A stretch of 64,000 bases of DNA from an uncultured Desulfatibacillum sp. GTDB taxonomy: Bacteria; Desulfobacterota; Desulfobacteria; Desulfobacterales; SpSt-501. Numbering within the stretch: position 1 is the stretch's first letter; every line of letters starts with the position of its first letter. The notes under the pieces were generated by a model. It searched no databases and had not been told where the DNA came from. It saw only the letters and a program-made list of their open reading frames with translations. Shown piece after piece: positions 9,873-18,664 of this stretch. The DNA lies in assembly GCA_964570965.1 (NCBI GenBank), contig CAZNAX010000003.1, forward strand, positions 3,874 through 67,873, in the 5' to 3' direction. A program made the position numbers and the translations under genes.

Positions 9873-10262
9873 TCAGCTTGGCGCAACCGGTGAGGTGACG
9901 GAAGTTTCTCCCGAACCCGACGGCGGGTCGGCCGGAGGCTCGCCTTTCAGCCGTGCCAGCTCCGCCCTCAAGGTTTCCATCTCCTTGCGTTGGGCAGCGG
10001 TCTCCGTCGTCAAGCGCGATATGGCCTTGCGACGACGCCAGCGGTCCAATGCGCTGAAAAGATAGGCCACGATCAGCCCGAAAACGAAAAACAGCAGGTG
10101 GAAGGCCACCAGCGGCAGGTTCGGCGACTGGTATTCCGGAAACACCCTGAGATGAACGCGAAGGACCTGCTGGGTCTCCAGAAAATATCCCTCGTTCTGA
10201 AAAACGACCAGAGCCATCCCACCCAGGATCAGTAGCCAGAAAAACAGCTTCGTTTTTTTCAT
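9873..10262 (-). CDS. LapA-domain-like small inner-membrane protein with C-terminal coiled coil
   Basis: Start set to ATG 10260-10262 (MKKTKLFFWLLILGG), preceded by GGAGG. Two TM helices followed by an 'RWRRRK' and heptad-rich tail, as in DUF1049/LapA proteins. Assignment by resemblance only. Confidence 0.55.
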   Translation of the reverse strand: MKKTKLFFWLLILGGMALVVFQNEGYFLETQQVLRVHLRVFPEYQSPNLPLVAFHLLFFVFGLIVAYLFSALDRWRRRKAISRLTTETAAQRKEMETLRAELARLKGEPPADPPSGSGETSVTSPVAPS

Positions 10263-10349
10263 CCCCAGACCTCCATCCACCCTCTGCAAGCAAGTCAATA
10301 CCAGGGGTGCGCAACCTGCCGATGTGCTTCGATCGCGCGGTTACAACGG

Positions 10350-10925
10350 TTAGATCCTTCGGAGCACGCGGGCCGGCCCTTTGCGGAGATTGGGCTGCTT
10401 GGCCGCCGCGGAGCCAGAGGTCGTCGCCGCGGCATTCGGCGTGCGGTTAAGATCGATCGTTTGAAAATGGGGCTTTAGCAACTCGAACGTCTCCTGAAGG
10501 TGCTGCGGGATCACCCGCACATCTGCAAATACGGCCAGCGCATTGGTGTCACCGGACCAGCGGGGTACGATATGAAAATGCAGATGCTCTTCGATTCCCG
10601 CTCCGGCGACCCTCCCGAGGTTCAGCCCGATGTTGAAGCCTTCTGGACGCATAACCTTCTTGATAATGGCGACGGACTGCTCGACAGTTGCCAAAAGGAT
10701 CCCCATCTCATTCTGATCGAGCTCGCCCAACGCCGATACGTGCCGCGCAGGAGCCACCAGCAAATGCCCATTGATGTATGGGTACTTATTCATGATCACC
10801 AGAGTGTCCTTGCCCTTGTACAGGGTAAGCTGGTCATTCACGGAAATGGCGTTGCAGAATACGCAGCCTTTTTCTTTGGCGCCGAGGATGTACTCGATCC
10901 TCCAGGGTGCCCACATGGTTTTCAT
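10350..10925 (-). CDS. HIT-family nucleotide hydrolase/transferase
   Basis: 191 aa. Histidine triad 'EEHLHFHIVPRW' and 'NKYPYINGHLLVAP'. Confidence 0.85.
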   Translation of the reverse strand: MKTMWAPWRIEYILGAKEKGCVFCNAISVNDQLTLYKGKDTLVIMNKYPYINGHLLVAPARHVSALGELDQNEMGILLATVEQSVAIIKKVMRPEGFNIGLNLGRVAGAGIEEHLHFHIVPRWSGDTNALAVFADVRVIPQHLQETFELLKPHFQTIDLNRTPNAAATTSGSAAAKQPNLRKGPARVLRRI

Positions 10926-11057
10926 GCTCAGTGCCTTCTCCCGAAAATCAATTCGTTACGGCCGCCGATCGCGGGCAGCTTTTGGGCTCGGAAGTTTTTA
11001 TCTTAATTATTAACAGGTTAGGATCATCACTTAATTTAATCGGTTTGCTCCGAAAAC

Positions 11058-11795
11058 TCAACCATTTTTTCGGTCGAGAATTACCACCTCAAGGGATCCC
11101 CAGGCCCCCATTTTTTCAGCCACCACGATGAGCACACCGAGGACGCCGGTGATTCGTTTGGCAAATTCGATTCCGGCGGGGATGTCTTGCTCGCAGTGAA
11201 TCCGGTTGCCGATAGCGGTGGCGGATGCGTCCGCCAGCGCGCCGGATCGCGACACCACGCACACGGCATCCGCCCGGCCGAAGCTGAGCGAGTGTCCCAC
11301 CGTACCCGAGGACGTGCACGCAGCGATGGGATCGTTCTGTCCACCGATGCGAATGCCGATCCGCAGGCTGAGCGGCGAAACGCCGGCGAAAACGGCTACC
11401 GTAACCGCCTCGCCGGTTTGCAGAAAAATGTCCCCCCCGTTTTCAATGATCACCTCCTGCGTATGGGCCAGAAGTCCGCGCCCCACATGCTCGGCCAAGG
11501 CTCCGGCCACAGCCGCCATGGGGCCAACCCCGGCGGCGTTGCCGGCCGCGATCATGTCGTGCACTATGTTCGGTGCCGGGCCGGTCAGCGGCCAGGGATT
11601 CAGCGTCGAGACGAACTCGGGATGCCGGCGAATGTAAGTCTCCAGGTATCCCCTCTGCTCCAGAATCCTGTCCCGAGTCACTGCGCTCAAATCACTCCCC
11701 GCCTGAACATGAAGGTCGGTTTCCTTCACGCTGACCTCAAAGGCCGTCAGCCGTCCGCTAGCGACTAGAGTGCGATAGGTTCTCGGTTCGACCAT
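11058..11795 (-). CDS. UPF0280-family (ApbE-like fold) protein
   Basis: 245 aa. 'VKETDLHVQA', 'GVGPMAAVAGALAE', 'IIENGGDIFL' match my recollection of UPF0280 proteins. Function unknown. Confidence 0.7.
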   Translation of the reverse strand: MVEPRTYRTLVASGRLTAFEVSVKETDLHVQAGSDLSAVTRDRILEQRGYLETYIRRHPEFVSTLNPWPLTGPAPNIVHDMIAAGNAAGVGPMAAVAGALAEHVGRGLLAHTQEVIIENGGDIFLQTGEAVTVAVFAGVSPLSLRIGIRIGGQNDPIAACTSSGTVGHSLSFGRADAVCVVSRSGALADASATAIGNRIHCEQDIPAGIEFAKRITGVLGVLIVVAEKMGAWGSLEVVILDRKNG

Positions 11796-11843
11796 AGGAT
11801 ACGAGTCGGCTCGAACAAAGATGCGGGAAGGCCTGGGTTTGAG

Positions 11844-13034
11844 TCAAGCCTCACCGTTTCCGCTGGGCAAGTATCCGGGCCGCAAGGCTTCGGGGCAGAG
11901 ATCCAAAAAATACCGATCCGTCATGCCGGCAATGAAATCCCTCACCACCTCGGCCGGTCGATGCCGCCCGAGGTAGTCGTCGGACATGCCGTTTAAAAAA
12001 CCTTGAAAAATGACCGAGTCCATGCGCCGCGTTTCCAACTCCTCTAAAAAACGATCAAAAAGCCGCTTGAAGAGCTCCCGGAGCAGGGCGGTGTGCGGCT
12101 TCATGCGGGGGTTCAGATAAATCCGCTCAAGATTGAACCCTTTCAGTTGCTTGAGCGCTTCGGATACCTCGGGGCTGAAAGCGACAAAATCTTTGCCATA
12201 GCTGGTTCGTATGATGTCGGTCGTCAGGCGGAAGACGATGGTCCCGTTGGTATTGCCGAGCACCGCCACGCTAGCGGAGGGCAATTCGGACCGCCCGATA
12301 AGACCCAGACGAATGGCGTCTTCGATATCTCGGCCGATATAGGCGACGGTGTCAACCATCCGCACCACGCAACCCTCCAGCGTCATGGGGACCAACTCCG
12401 TACTGGAGTGGCTGACTTTAGCCGCCATTTCCGCTTGCAGGTCAGCAAACGATTTATTCCGATGGGGCGCCAGCTCGGGAGTGTGAACCTCGCCGTCATG
12501 GCACAGGATCCCGTCCAGGGTCTGCAGACACAGGTTCCAGCCCTTGCCCTTGCGCTCGACGAGATCCAAAAAGTGAACGCTTTGAACATTGTGATGAAAT
12601 GAACCGATGCCGTGCTCCTGGCAAAGCTGGGAAAGGAAGCGCTCGCCGTCATGGCCGAACGGCGTGTGCCCGATATCATGACCCAATGCGATCGCCTCGA
12701 TGAGATCCTCATTCAGGCCCAGAAAACGACCGATCGACCGGCCGATCTTGGAAACCAGTTGAACGTGCAATACCCGGTGAGTGATGTGATCGTTGCGGAT
12801 CAAGTAAAAGACCTGCGTCTTGTCGATGTAACGCGTGTAGGCGTGCGAGTGAAGGATCCGGTCCACATCCACGGAAAACGCCTGCCGATACCCTTCGATC
12901 AGCAACTCTTCTGCACGACGCCGAACGGCACGCGCATTGGGGGTGGCATAAGGGGACAGGTTCTGCTCCTCTTTCCGGTCCAGGAGCTTACGGATCGACC
13001 TCAAATCCGGGGGTTCAGATTTCACGACGTTCAA
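11844..13034 (-). CDS. dGTPase-family HD-domain triphosphohydrolase-like protein
   Basis: 396 aa. 'DRILHSHAYTRYIDKTQVF', 'HRVLHVQLV', 'ALGHDIGHTPFGHDGE'. The only plausible start is TTG 13032-13034, with GGAGG 6 nt upstream, inside the 3' end of the ATP-grasp gene. Confidence 0.85.
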   Translation of the reverse strand: MNVVKSEPPDLRSIRKLLDRKEEQNLSPYATPNARAVRRRAEELLIEGYRQAFSVDVDRILHSHAYTRYIDKTQVFYLIRNDHITHRVLHVQLVSKIGRSIGRFLGLNEDLIEAIALGHDIGHTPFGHDGERFLSQLCQEHGIGSFHHNVQSVHFLDLVERKGKGWNLCLQTLDGILCHDGEVHTPELAPHRNKSFADLQAEMAAKVSHSSTELVPMTLEGCVVRMVDTVAYIGRDIEDAIRLGLIGRSELPSASVAVLGNTNGTIVFRLTTDIIRTSYGKDFVAFSPEVSEALKQLKGFNLERIYLNPRMKPHTALLRELFKRLFDRFLEELETRRMDSVIFQGFLNGMSDDYLGRHRPAEVVRDFIAGMTDRYFLDLCPEALRPGYLPSGNGEA

Positions 13035-13800
13035 TCATCGCCTCCATCAAACGGCAATAGTCAATCCCGGCTTTCCGGAAACCTTCTCGGCCGTATTTCA
13101 TATTCGCCTCCAATACATAAAATTCTCCGTTGTACCGGCAGACATCAAGGCCGACATCATCCCATCCACACGCCCGAGCCGTGTGGGCCGCCAGCTTAAG
13201 CGCTGTTGCAGGCACTGAATCCAAGCAGATCCTCGCCCCCAGAGATACATTGGATCGAAAATCGGTATCCGGCGCGATGCGCCCATACGCGTGGACGATG
13301 CGAGAGCCGATGACGACGATCCGCATATCGCGATCGATGGGAAGATAGTCCTGGATGTAGGCAACCGTATTGCATTCGCAATATTGCTCCAGGGCCTCCT
13401 GATCACGGATCAGGAAAACGCCCTTTCCCTGGGCTGATCCGCGGGCGATCTTGGCAATGAAAGGGAATTTGAAATGACCGGCGATCGTCTTTTTCTGACG
13501 TTTTCCGTAGAAAACGCGCGTGCGCGGATGGGGAATGCCGAGCAGATCAAACAGAGCCGTCTGTTTGATCTTGTCCTGGACGCACTTGTACGTATGGTAG
13601 CTGGGGAACGTACGCTTGCCGATTGAATCGAACAAATCCGCATAGAAAGTGGTCGGGTAGTAGATGATGTCTGCCTTTCGGATCTCATCCCGGTCCTCGG
13701 GCGGATATTCATTGAAGTTGGTGCGCACGCCGAGGGTAACGACATTGCGGCAATTTCGCAAGCGGGATTCCAGCGCCAAGACTTTGCGTTGAAATTGCAT
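13015..13800 (-). CDS. RimK-type ATP-grasp ligase
   Basis: 261 aa. 'FPFIAKIARGSAQGKGVFLI', 'YIQDYLPIDRDMRIVVIG', 'DVGLDVCRYNGEFYVLEANM' fit the ATP-grasp fold. Stop TGA at 13015-13017. Confidence 0.8.
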   Translation of the reverse strand: MQFQRKVLALESRLRNCRNVVTLGVRTNFNEYPPEDRDEIRKADIIYYPTTFYADLFDSIGKRTFPSYHTYKCVQDKIKQTALFDLLGIPHPRTRVFYGKRQKKTIAGHFKFPFIAKIARGSAQGKGVFLIRDQEALEQYCECNTVAYIQDYLPIDRDMRIVVIGSRIVHAYGRIAPDTDFRSNVSLGARICLDSVPATALKLAAHTARACGWDDVGLDVCRYNGEFYVLEANMKYGREGFRKAGIDYCRLMEAMIERREI

Positions 13801-13869
13801 AACGCCTTGATCACCTAAAAATGTTCAACAACTGGGTTTCATATCCGTTACGGCACATGCCGGTTCTCT

Positions 13870-14394
13870 TCACGCGGGGGGCGGCTCGTTGAAGAATTCC
13901 ATGATCGTTTTCAAGGCGCGTTCGGTATGGGTTCCCCTCCAGAACACTCGTCCGCACTTCGGGCAGGTGCTGAAATTCACCTGGTTGTTCCATACATAAT
14001 CCGGCACCGACCTTCGCACGGCATGCTTGGCAACGGCAATGATTCGTTCGTTGCAGATGATGCAGCGCGAAAAAGATTGGATGTCGTCCGGCCGGAGGCC
14101 CGCTTCGCGGATCAACTCGACAACTTGATCCGCAGGGTCGTTGGCTTGGATAAAGATCGTTTTTAGGCCCCTACGCTCCCCGGCCAAACGCTGCGTCCGG
14201 GTCAGAAAAATTCGATCCGGCCCGATGCGTTGCATAAAGGATCCGTTTGGGTATTGGCTTTCCGACAGGGTGTCAAACCCCATGAGCCGAAGCCATTTGA
14301 CCAGCCGGCCCAAGGTTTTTTCCGCGGCAAAGGTGGTTGGCATACGTTTCGCGACGGGCAGTGAATTCGCCATGCGGGTGGCTGAGGATACCAT
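13870..14394 (-). CDS. Mut7-C (PIN-like) RNase-domain protein with C-terminal zinc ribbon
   Basis: 'LGRLVKWLRLMGFDT' N-terminal motif and 'CIICN...CPKCGRVFWRGTH' ribbon. The true start may be ATG 14341-14343 or 14371-14373; no clear SD at any candidate. Confidence 0.75.
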   Translation of the reverse strand: MVSSATRMANSLPVAKRMPTTFAAEKTLGRLVKWLRLMGFDTLSESQYPNGSFMQRIGPDRIFLTRTQRLAGERRGLKTIFIQANDPADQVVELIREAGLRPDDIQSFSRCIICNERIIAVAKHAVRRSVPDYVWNNQVNFSTCPKCGRVFWRGTHTERALKTIMEFFNEPPPA

Positions 14395-14577
14395 ACACTG
14401 ATCGCATGGGAGGGGTCAATGATCCGGCCTGAGGATCAACGCCGTTTTCCGAAACCCCCGTGGGCCCGAGCGCGTCAGCCCAGCCAGTTTCCATGAAATA
14501 GCCCTCAAGGATCGGCCAGTAAGGCCGATTATATATTCGGAATCTCGACCCCGCTTACCATCTCCAAGGAACGCCCC

Positions 14578-17022
14578 ATGCGGAAATGGAAAATTCTTTT
14601 CGGCGCCCTGGCGCTCATCGGCGTTGCGGTGGCTCTTCTGGCCAAGGACCAGTTGAACCGCGACATCATCCAGTTAAAAAGCGGCCGTATCATCCCGGTC
14701 GACCGGGTTTGGGAGTCCGGGGCGGATCTGTTTTACGAAAACGATCAGGAGATCCACTTTATCAGCTTGGCGGATATTCAATCGATCGAAAAACAGAGCC
14801 TCTCGATCTGGTTGCGCACGACCGGCGCTCAGATTGCGAAAATTGCAGACGGCCCCCTGAACGCTATCCATCCGCTGGTCAAGCGCGGCCTGGGGTTGAT
14901 GCACTCGTCGAATCCCGTCCATTGGTTGCTGATCGGCACGCTGGCGCTGCCGATCGGGTTGGTGCCGACCGTGCGCTGGTTCCGCAAGCGGTCAACTAAA
15001 ACGCAACCGGTTCAGCTGGCCGCTCCGCCCGAAGGGCCATGCCAGGATATGCCCAATCGCGCCGACATGGTGCGCTTTTTTTTAGGTTTATATCGTCAGC
15101 AGCTTGGATTCGGTCCAGAGGTTCCGACGGACTTTGTCCAGCTGCCGTCCCCCCCCGCAGGAACCCATCAGATCTATGAACTGCGGGTTAAGAACGGCGG
15201 GGAATGGATCAAGCGCCGCATGACGCTCGGGCCCCTGGGCGAGGACAGCGGAAGCAGAAGCAAATGCTACTATGTCATCTTTGATCAGCATTTGGTAGTC
15301 AAGATACCTCCCAAGCCGATTGCTGATTTCGAAGACTATGTCGCTAGCATCAAGAAGGAGCGGCACATTGTCGAACAGCTCCGTCCGAAGGAGTGCATCG
15401 CACCCAGAGTGTCCGTCATTTTAAGCCAGATCCATCACCTGCCGCCTCAACTCGGCTTAGCGCCTGATCTGCTAGAAGAAAAATACATCGCGTGGCTGCG
15501 AAAAACACCTGCCTATCAGGACTATTTGAAGATCAATGGCACGTTTGTTTTTTTCATGGACTTGTCCCGTTATTACTTCCTGAGTCACATCATCGAAAGC
15601 CTCCACGATTTGGCGGATCCGATTCGTTCCGAAATCAATTCCACCGCCGATTTGATACGCTATCCGGCGAAATTCAAAGAGCGCTACGGTGAGCAGAACG
15701 AATCGGTCGGTTTTGAAATCCGGGATCTCTATCACCAATGCGAAGCCGAAGTGCGCCAGCTTCTGAAAAACGCTGGAAAGTCTGCGGCGGTAACGCCCTA
15801 CCGCACCCAGCTCTGGTTCCTGAACTTTCTTGAAAAGAAAGACATCGGGGCATCCGACTCGGCTGTTTCCGGCCCGATCGCAGATCAGGTCGCAGCCATC
15901 TTCGAGCGCTGGTTCGAGAAATACGTCGGTGCCGTGGATGCCTATCTCGCCGCCATTCGGGCTTTTACGGCGCGCCTCTGTCTGGAGCAGAATCGCCAAA
16001 TCATTTCCGGTATCGTTACCAATTTGTTGGAGCTGCTCGCCTGGCTCAACGAAAGGAAAGTGGCGATGCGGGATTTGAAGCCCGACAACCTACTAGTGGC
16101 AGGCGACCCACAGAACTACCCCGCGTTTCTGCGGTCGGCCTCGGACTATTCGCTGGGCTTCATCGATGTGGAAACGGCCGTCTATTTAGGCTCCGCTGAA
16201 GGAGCCACCACGAAACAGCCCCTGCTGGGAGGAACCCCTTATTACGCCACCCCCTCGCACCTGTTTCCCAACCATGCGCTTCAGGTCTGTCTAAATGACT
16301 CCGCCTGGGTCTTGCATTTTCAGGACTGGTATGCGGTTCTGGTGATGACTTTCAAAACCGTCACGGGAAACATTCTCTTTGACCGCACGGCCAAACTGTT
16401 TGGCGACATAAAGAACCGAGTTGCCGACGCCATGCGCCAACGGACCTCGTTGGAATCCATCATGGAGGAGGTCAGCCGCAGGTTCTGGCGCAGCGCAGCA
16501 GCGGAGTTTCGTGCCAAGATGAAAGCGCACGAAAGCGCGTTGCAATCGGTGGAAGTCGACCTACCCCCAACCGCGAAAGCGTTATTTATCCACGTCCTCC
16601 GGCGCGACCTCGCATCCATCGACGCATCGGTGCGTCAGCTCGTCGATGGCCAGAGGTATTTCTCATCCCCAGAAAGCCGCGAACAGCTGCAAAAGTCTTC
16701 CCGCCGGCGGGTCTGTCAGATTTTGAAGGCCCTCCAGACCAAAATGCAGCTCGATCCACCGGCGTCGGACGCGCTGCAGGCCTCCGAGCGTTTCCTGCAC
16801 CACCTGTCGATCTTAAAGGCGCTGATGGAGCGGAAAGTCCAGATGATCGGCGTCCTGGAAGGCGCGAATCTGCCCCGACTGAACGCCCACGAGCTGCTGC
16901 TGCTCATGTTCAACAGCGTCTTGAAAACCATGTGCCGTGAGGATTGGTATACCTTTACCGAAGATACACCCCGCCCGATGCTGCCGCCCGACGACGAATT
17001 GTCACTGGCCACTACGATTTAA
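14578..17022 (+). CDS. 2-TM membrane protein with divergent Hanks-type protein-kinase-like domain
   Basis: 814 aa. AAGGAA SD. TM1 'ILFGALALIGVAVALLA', about 90 aa extracytoplasmic, TM2 'WLLIGTLALPIGLVPTV'. Kinase landmarks: 'LVVKIP' (VAIK Lys), 'MRDLKPDNLL' (16066-16095), 'GFIDVETA' (DFG position), 'GGTPYYATPS' (APE position), 'DWYAVLVMTF'. Confidence 0.75.
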   Translation: MRKWKILFGALALIGVAVALLAKDQLNRDIIQLKSGRIIPVDRVWESGADLFYENDQEIHFISLADIQSIEKQSLSIWLRTTGAQIAKIADGPLNAIHPLVKRGLGLMHSSNPVHWLLIGTLALPIGLVPTVRWFRKRSTKTQPVQLAAPPEGPCQDMPNRADMVRFFLGLYRQQLGFGPEVPTDFVQLPSPPAGTHQIYELRVKNGGEWIKRRMTLGPLGEDSGSRSKCYYVIFDQHLVVKIPPKPIADFEDYVASIKKERHIVEQLRPKECIAPRVSVILSQIHHLPPQLGLAPDLLEEKYIAWLRKTPAYQDYLKINGTFVFFMDLSRYYFLSHIIESLHDLADPIRSEINSTADLIRYPAKFKERYGEQNESVGFEIRDLYHQCEAEVRQLLKNAGKSAAVTPYRTQLWFLNFLEKKDIGASDSAVSGPIADQVAAIFERWFEKYVGAVDAYLAAIRAFTARLCLEQNRQIISGIVTNLLELLAWLNERKVAMRDLKPDNLLVAGDPQNYPAFLRSASDYSLGFIDVETAVYLGSAEGATTKQPLLGGTPYYATPSHLFPNHALQVCLNDSAWVLHFQDWYAVLVMTFKTVTGNILFDRTAKLFGDIKNRVADAMRQRTSLESIMEEVSRRFWRSAAAEFRAKMKAHESALQSVEVDLPPTAKALFIHVLRRDLASIDASVRQLVDGQRYFSSPESREQLQKSSRRRVCQILKALQTKMQLDPPASDALQASERFLHHLSILKALMERKVQMIGVLEGANLPRLNAHELLLLMFNSVLKTMCREDWYTFTEDTPRPMLPPDDELSLATTI

Positions 17023-17062
17023 GCCCTCAACGAAATGCTCCGACGCCCGGCAGGCAGGGTTA

Positions 17063-17091
17063 TTGACGCCGACGGTTCAACCGTGTAGGTT
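17063..17091 (+). promoter_or_regulatory. candidate sigma70-type promoter with an embedded dyad, upstream of the AMMECR1 gene
   Basis: TTGACG (17063-17068), 17-nt spacer, TAGGTT (17086-17091). The spacer contains the perfect dyad ACGGTT-c-AACCGT (17072-17084). The ATG at 17102 is only about 10 nt downstream, so the transcript would be near-leaderless. Confidence 0.3.
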
Positions 17092-17101
17092 TTAAGTCGT
17101 G

Positions 17102-17701
17102 ATGGATGACCGATCTCAACCCCTGGATTCCGAGAATGGCCAACTGCTCTTAAAGCTGGCGCGAAGCACCCTGATGGAAAAATTGGGCCGCAGGCTTCCC
17201 CCGGCCGAAGCGGAACGCCTGCAGTCCGCACTGACGGACCCTCGGTTCCAGGCACGACGAGGCACGTTCGTAACCCTCACCTTGGCGGGTAAACTCAGAG
17301 GGTGCATCGGCAACCTCTTCCCGACCGATCCGCTGGCCGAAAGCATCCGGCGCAACGCTGTTCATGCCGCCTTTCAAGACCCGCGCTTCCCACCTCTCAC
17401 CGCGGAAGAACTCGGCCGTGTCAGCATCGAAGCCAGCATCCTTACCGATCCCCAGCCGCTGCCTTTCTCCAGCGCACAGGACCTTCTGCAAAAACTGCGT
17501 CCCCACCTCGACGGGGTGATCATCCGGCAGGGTCACGCCAGCGCCACGTTCCTGCCCCAGGTCTGGTGCCAACTGACGAACGCCGAAGACTTCCTGGACC
17601 ACCTCTGTCTCAAGGCGGGCCTGCCCCGGGACGCGTGGAAGCGATTCAGGCTAGAGGTGGCGACCTATCAGGTCCAGTGCTTTGAGGAACCCTCGCATTA
17701 G
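17102..17701 (+). CDS. AMMECR1-domain protein
   Basis: 'RRGTFVTLTLAGKLRGCIGN', 'AAFQDPRFPPL', 'HASATFLPQVW' AMMECR1 motifs. The ORF-track start at 17099 is GTG; the adjacent ATG at 17102 is preferred. Confidence 0.85.
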   Translation: MDDRSQPLDSENGQLLLKLARSTLMEKLGRRLPPAEAERLQSALTDPRFQARRGTFVTLTLAGKLRGCIGNLFPTDPLAESIRRNAVHAAFQDPRFPPLTAEELGRVSIEASILTDPQPLPFSSAQDLLQKLRPHLDGVIIRQGHASATFLPQVWCQLTNAEDFLDHLCLKAGLPRDAWKRFRLEVATYQVQCFEEPSH

Positions 17702-17834
17702 CCGGCTCGGTTGGATATCGGTATCGCGGAAGAAATCCCCTGCTGCGGTCCCCCGCAGGATGAGATCCGAGTGCCACGGAGCGGGTCACCATGAGACGCG
17801 GAATCGGCGCCGATGCTGCGAGCACTCCCGGCTG

Positions 17835-18572
17835 TCAGGCGCCCGTCGAAGGCAGGAATTGGATCGCGGTCCGTTTCAAACGGATGACATCCAGCCGATT
17901 CAATCGAACGCTGGCCTTGACCACCTCGCCGTTTACCCTGACCCTGGCCAGTCCGCCCACGTAACTGAGAAACCAATTGTCTGCCAATCGGTTGATCACC
18001 GCTGCCGTCGATCCAACCCCAACCCCCCGCACGATGATTTCAGCGTTCGACGATTTGCCGATCCGAACCGGTGTATTGCCCAATAGCAGTTCTCTTTTCT
18101 CTCCGGAGAGGATGACCAATACCCCCTTGAGATCGGTTCGAGTCTCGACGAGCGTCTCCTGGGGCGCTGCATCGCGCTGGGCTGGCGGTTGGTGTTGCTT
18201 CAGCAGCGCCCTGAACTTTTCGGTGTCGATCTGCATCGTCTTGATGATCGATGCGGAAAAGCGATCGGAACCGATGTTGCCTTTCGGATTGGAAAACACC
18301 AGGGTGTGTTTCCCGATACGGATTTCATCTCCATCGGCCAACCAATGCGCTTTGATCCTATGGTCGTTTACGAACGAGCCGTTTTCACTTTTTAAATCGA
18401 TCAGCAGGAATTCATCTCCGATGGATTCAATTTTCGCATGCTGGAACGATACCGCCAAATTGTCGATGACGATGTCGTTGACCGGGTGTCGGCCGATGAC
18501 GAACGCATCCCCCATTCCGATGGGGAAGCTGCGTAATTCTTTACCGCTGTACCGCAATGATAAGATAGCCAT
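17835..18572 (-). CDS. tandem FHA-domain protein
   Basis: 245 aa. FHA1 'FVIGRHPVNDIVIDNLAVSFQHAKIE...LIDLKSENGSFVNDHRI'. A second, more degenerate FHA-like half 'VRIGKSSNAEIIVRG...VNGEVV'. Confidence 0.8.
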   Translation of the reverse strand: MAILSLRYSGKELRSFPIGMGDAFVIGRHPVNDIVIDNLAVSFQHAKIESIGDEFLLIDLKSENGSFVNDHRIKAHWLADGDEIRIGKHTLVFSNPKGNIGSDRFSASIIKTMQIDTEKFRALLKQHQPPAQRDAAPQETLVETRTDLKGVLVILSGEKRELLLGNTPVRIGKSSNAEIIVRGVGVGSTAAVINRLADNWFLSYVGGLARVRVNGEVVKASVRLNRLDVIRLKRTAIQFLPSTGA

Positions 18573-18664
18573 TTTCAGCTCCTCTAAAAGTCCAAGGATG
18601 ACCGGCCCGCCGACCGCTGCGGCGGGGCACTTGCATCTGGCTTCTTCACGTAGGCTGCCCAGCC

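Noticed and set aside
11844-13034. Reading the dGTPase-like gene as a stand-alone antiphage dGTPase
   Set aside because: This is not supported on its own. The gene is translationally coupled to an ATP-grasp ligase and embedded among housekeeping genes with no mobile-element scars. It is kept only as one hypothesis within the cassette finding.
14338-14352. Sigma54-like element TGGCAT-N5-TCGC on the plus strand, upstream of the kinase-like gene
   Set aside because: It lies inside the Mut7-C coding region about 225 nt from the ATG and deviates from TGGCAC-N5-TTGC. No enhancer-binding protein gene is nearby. A chance match is likely.
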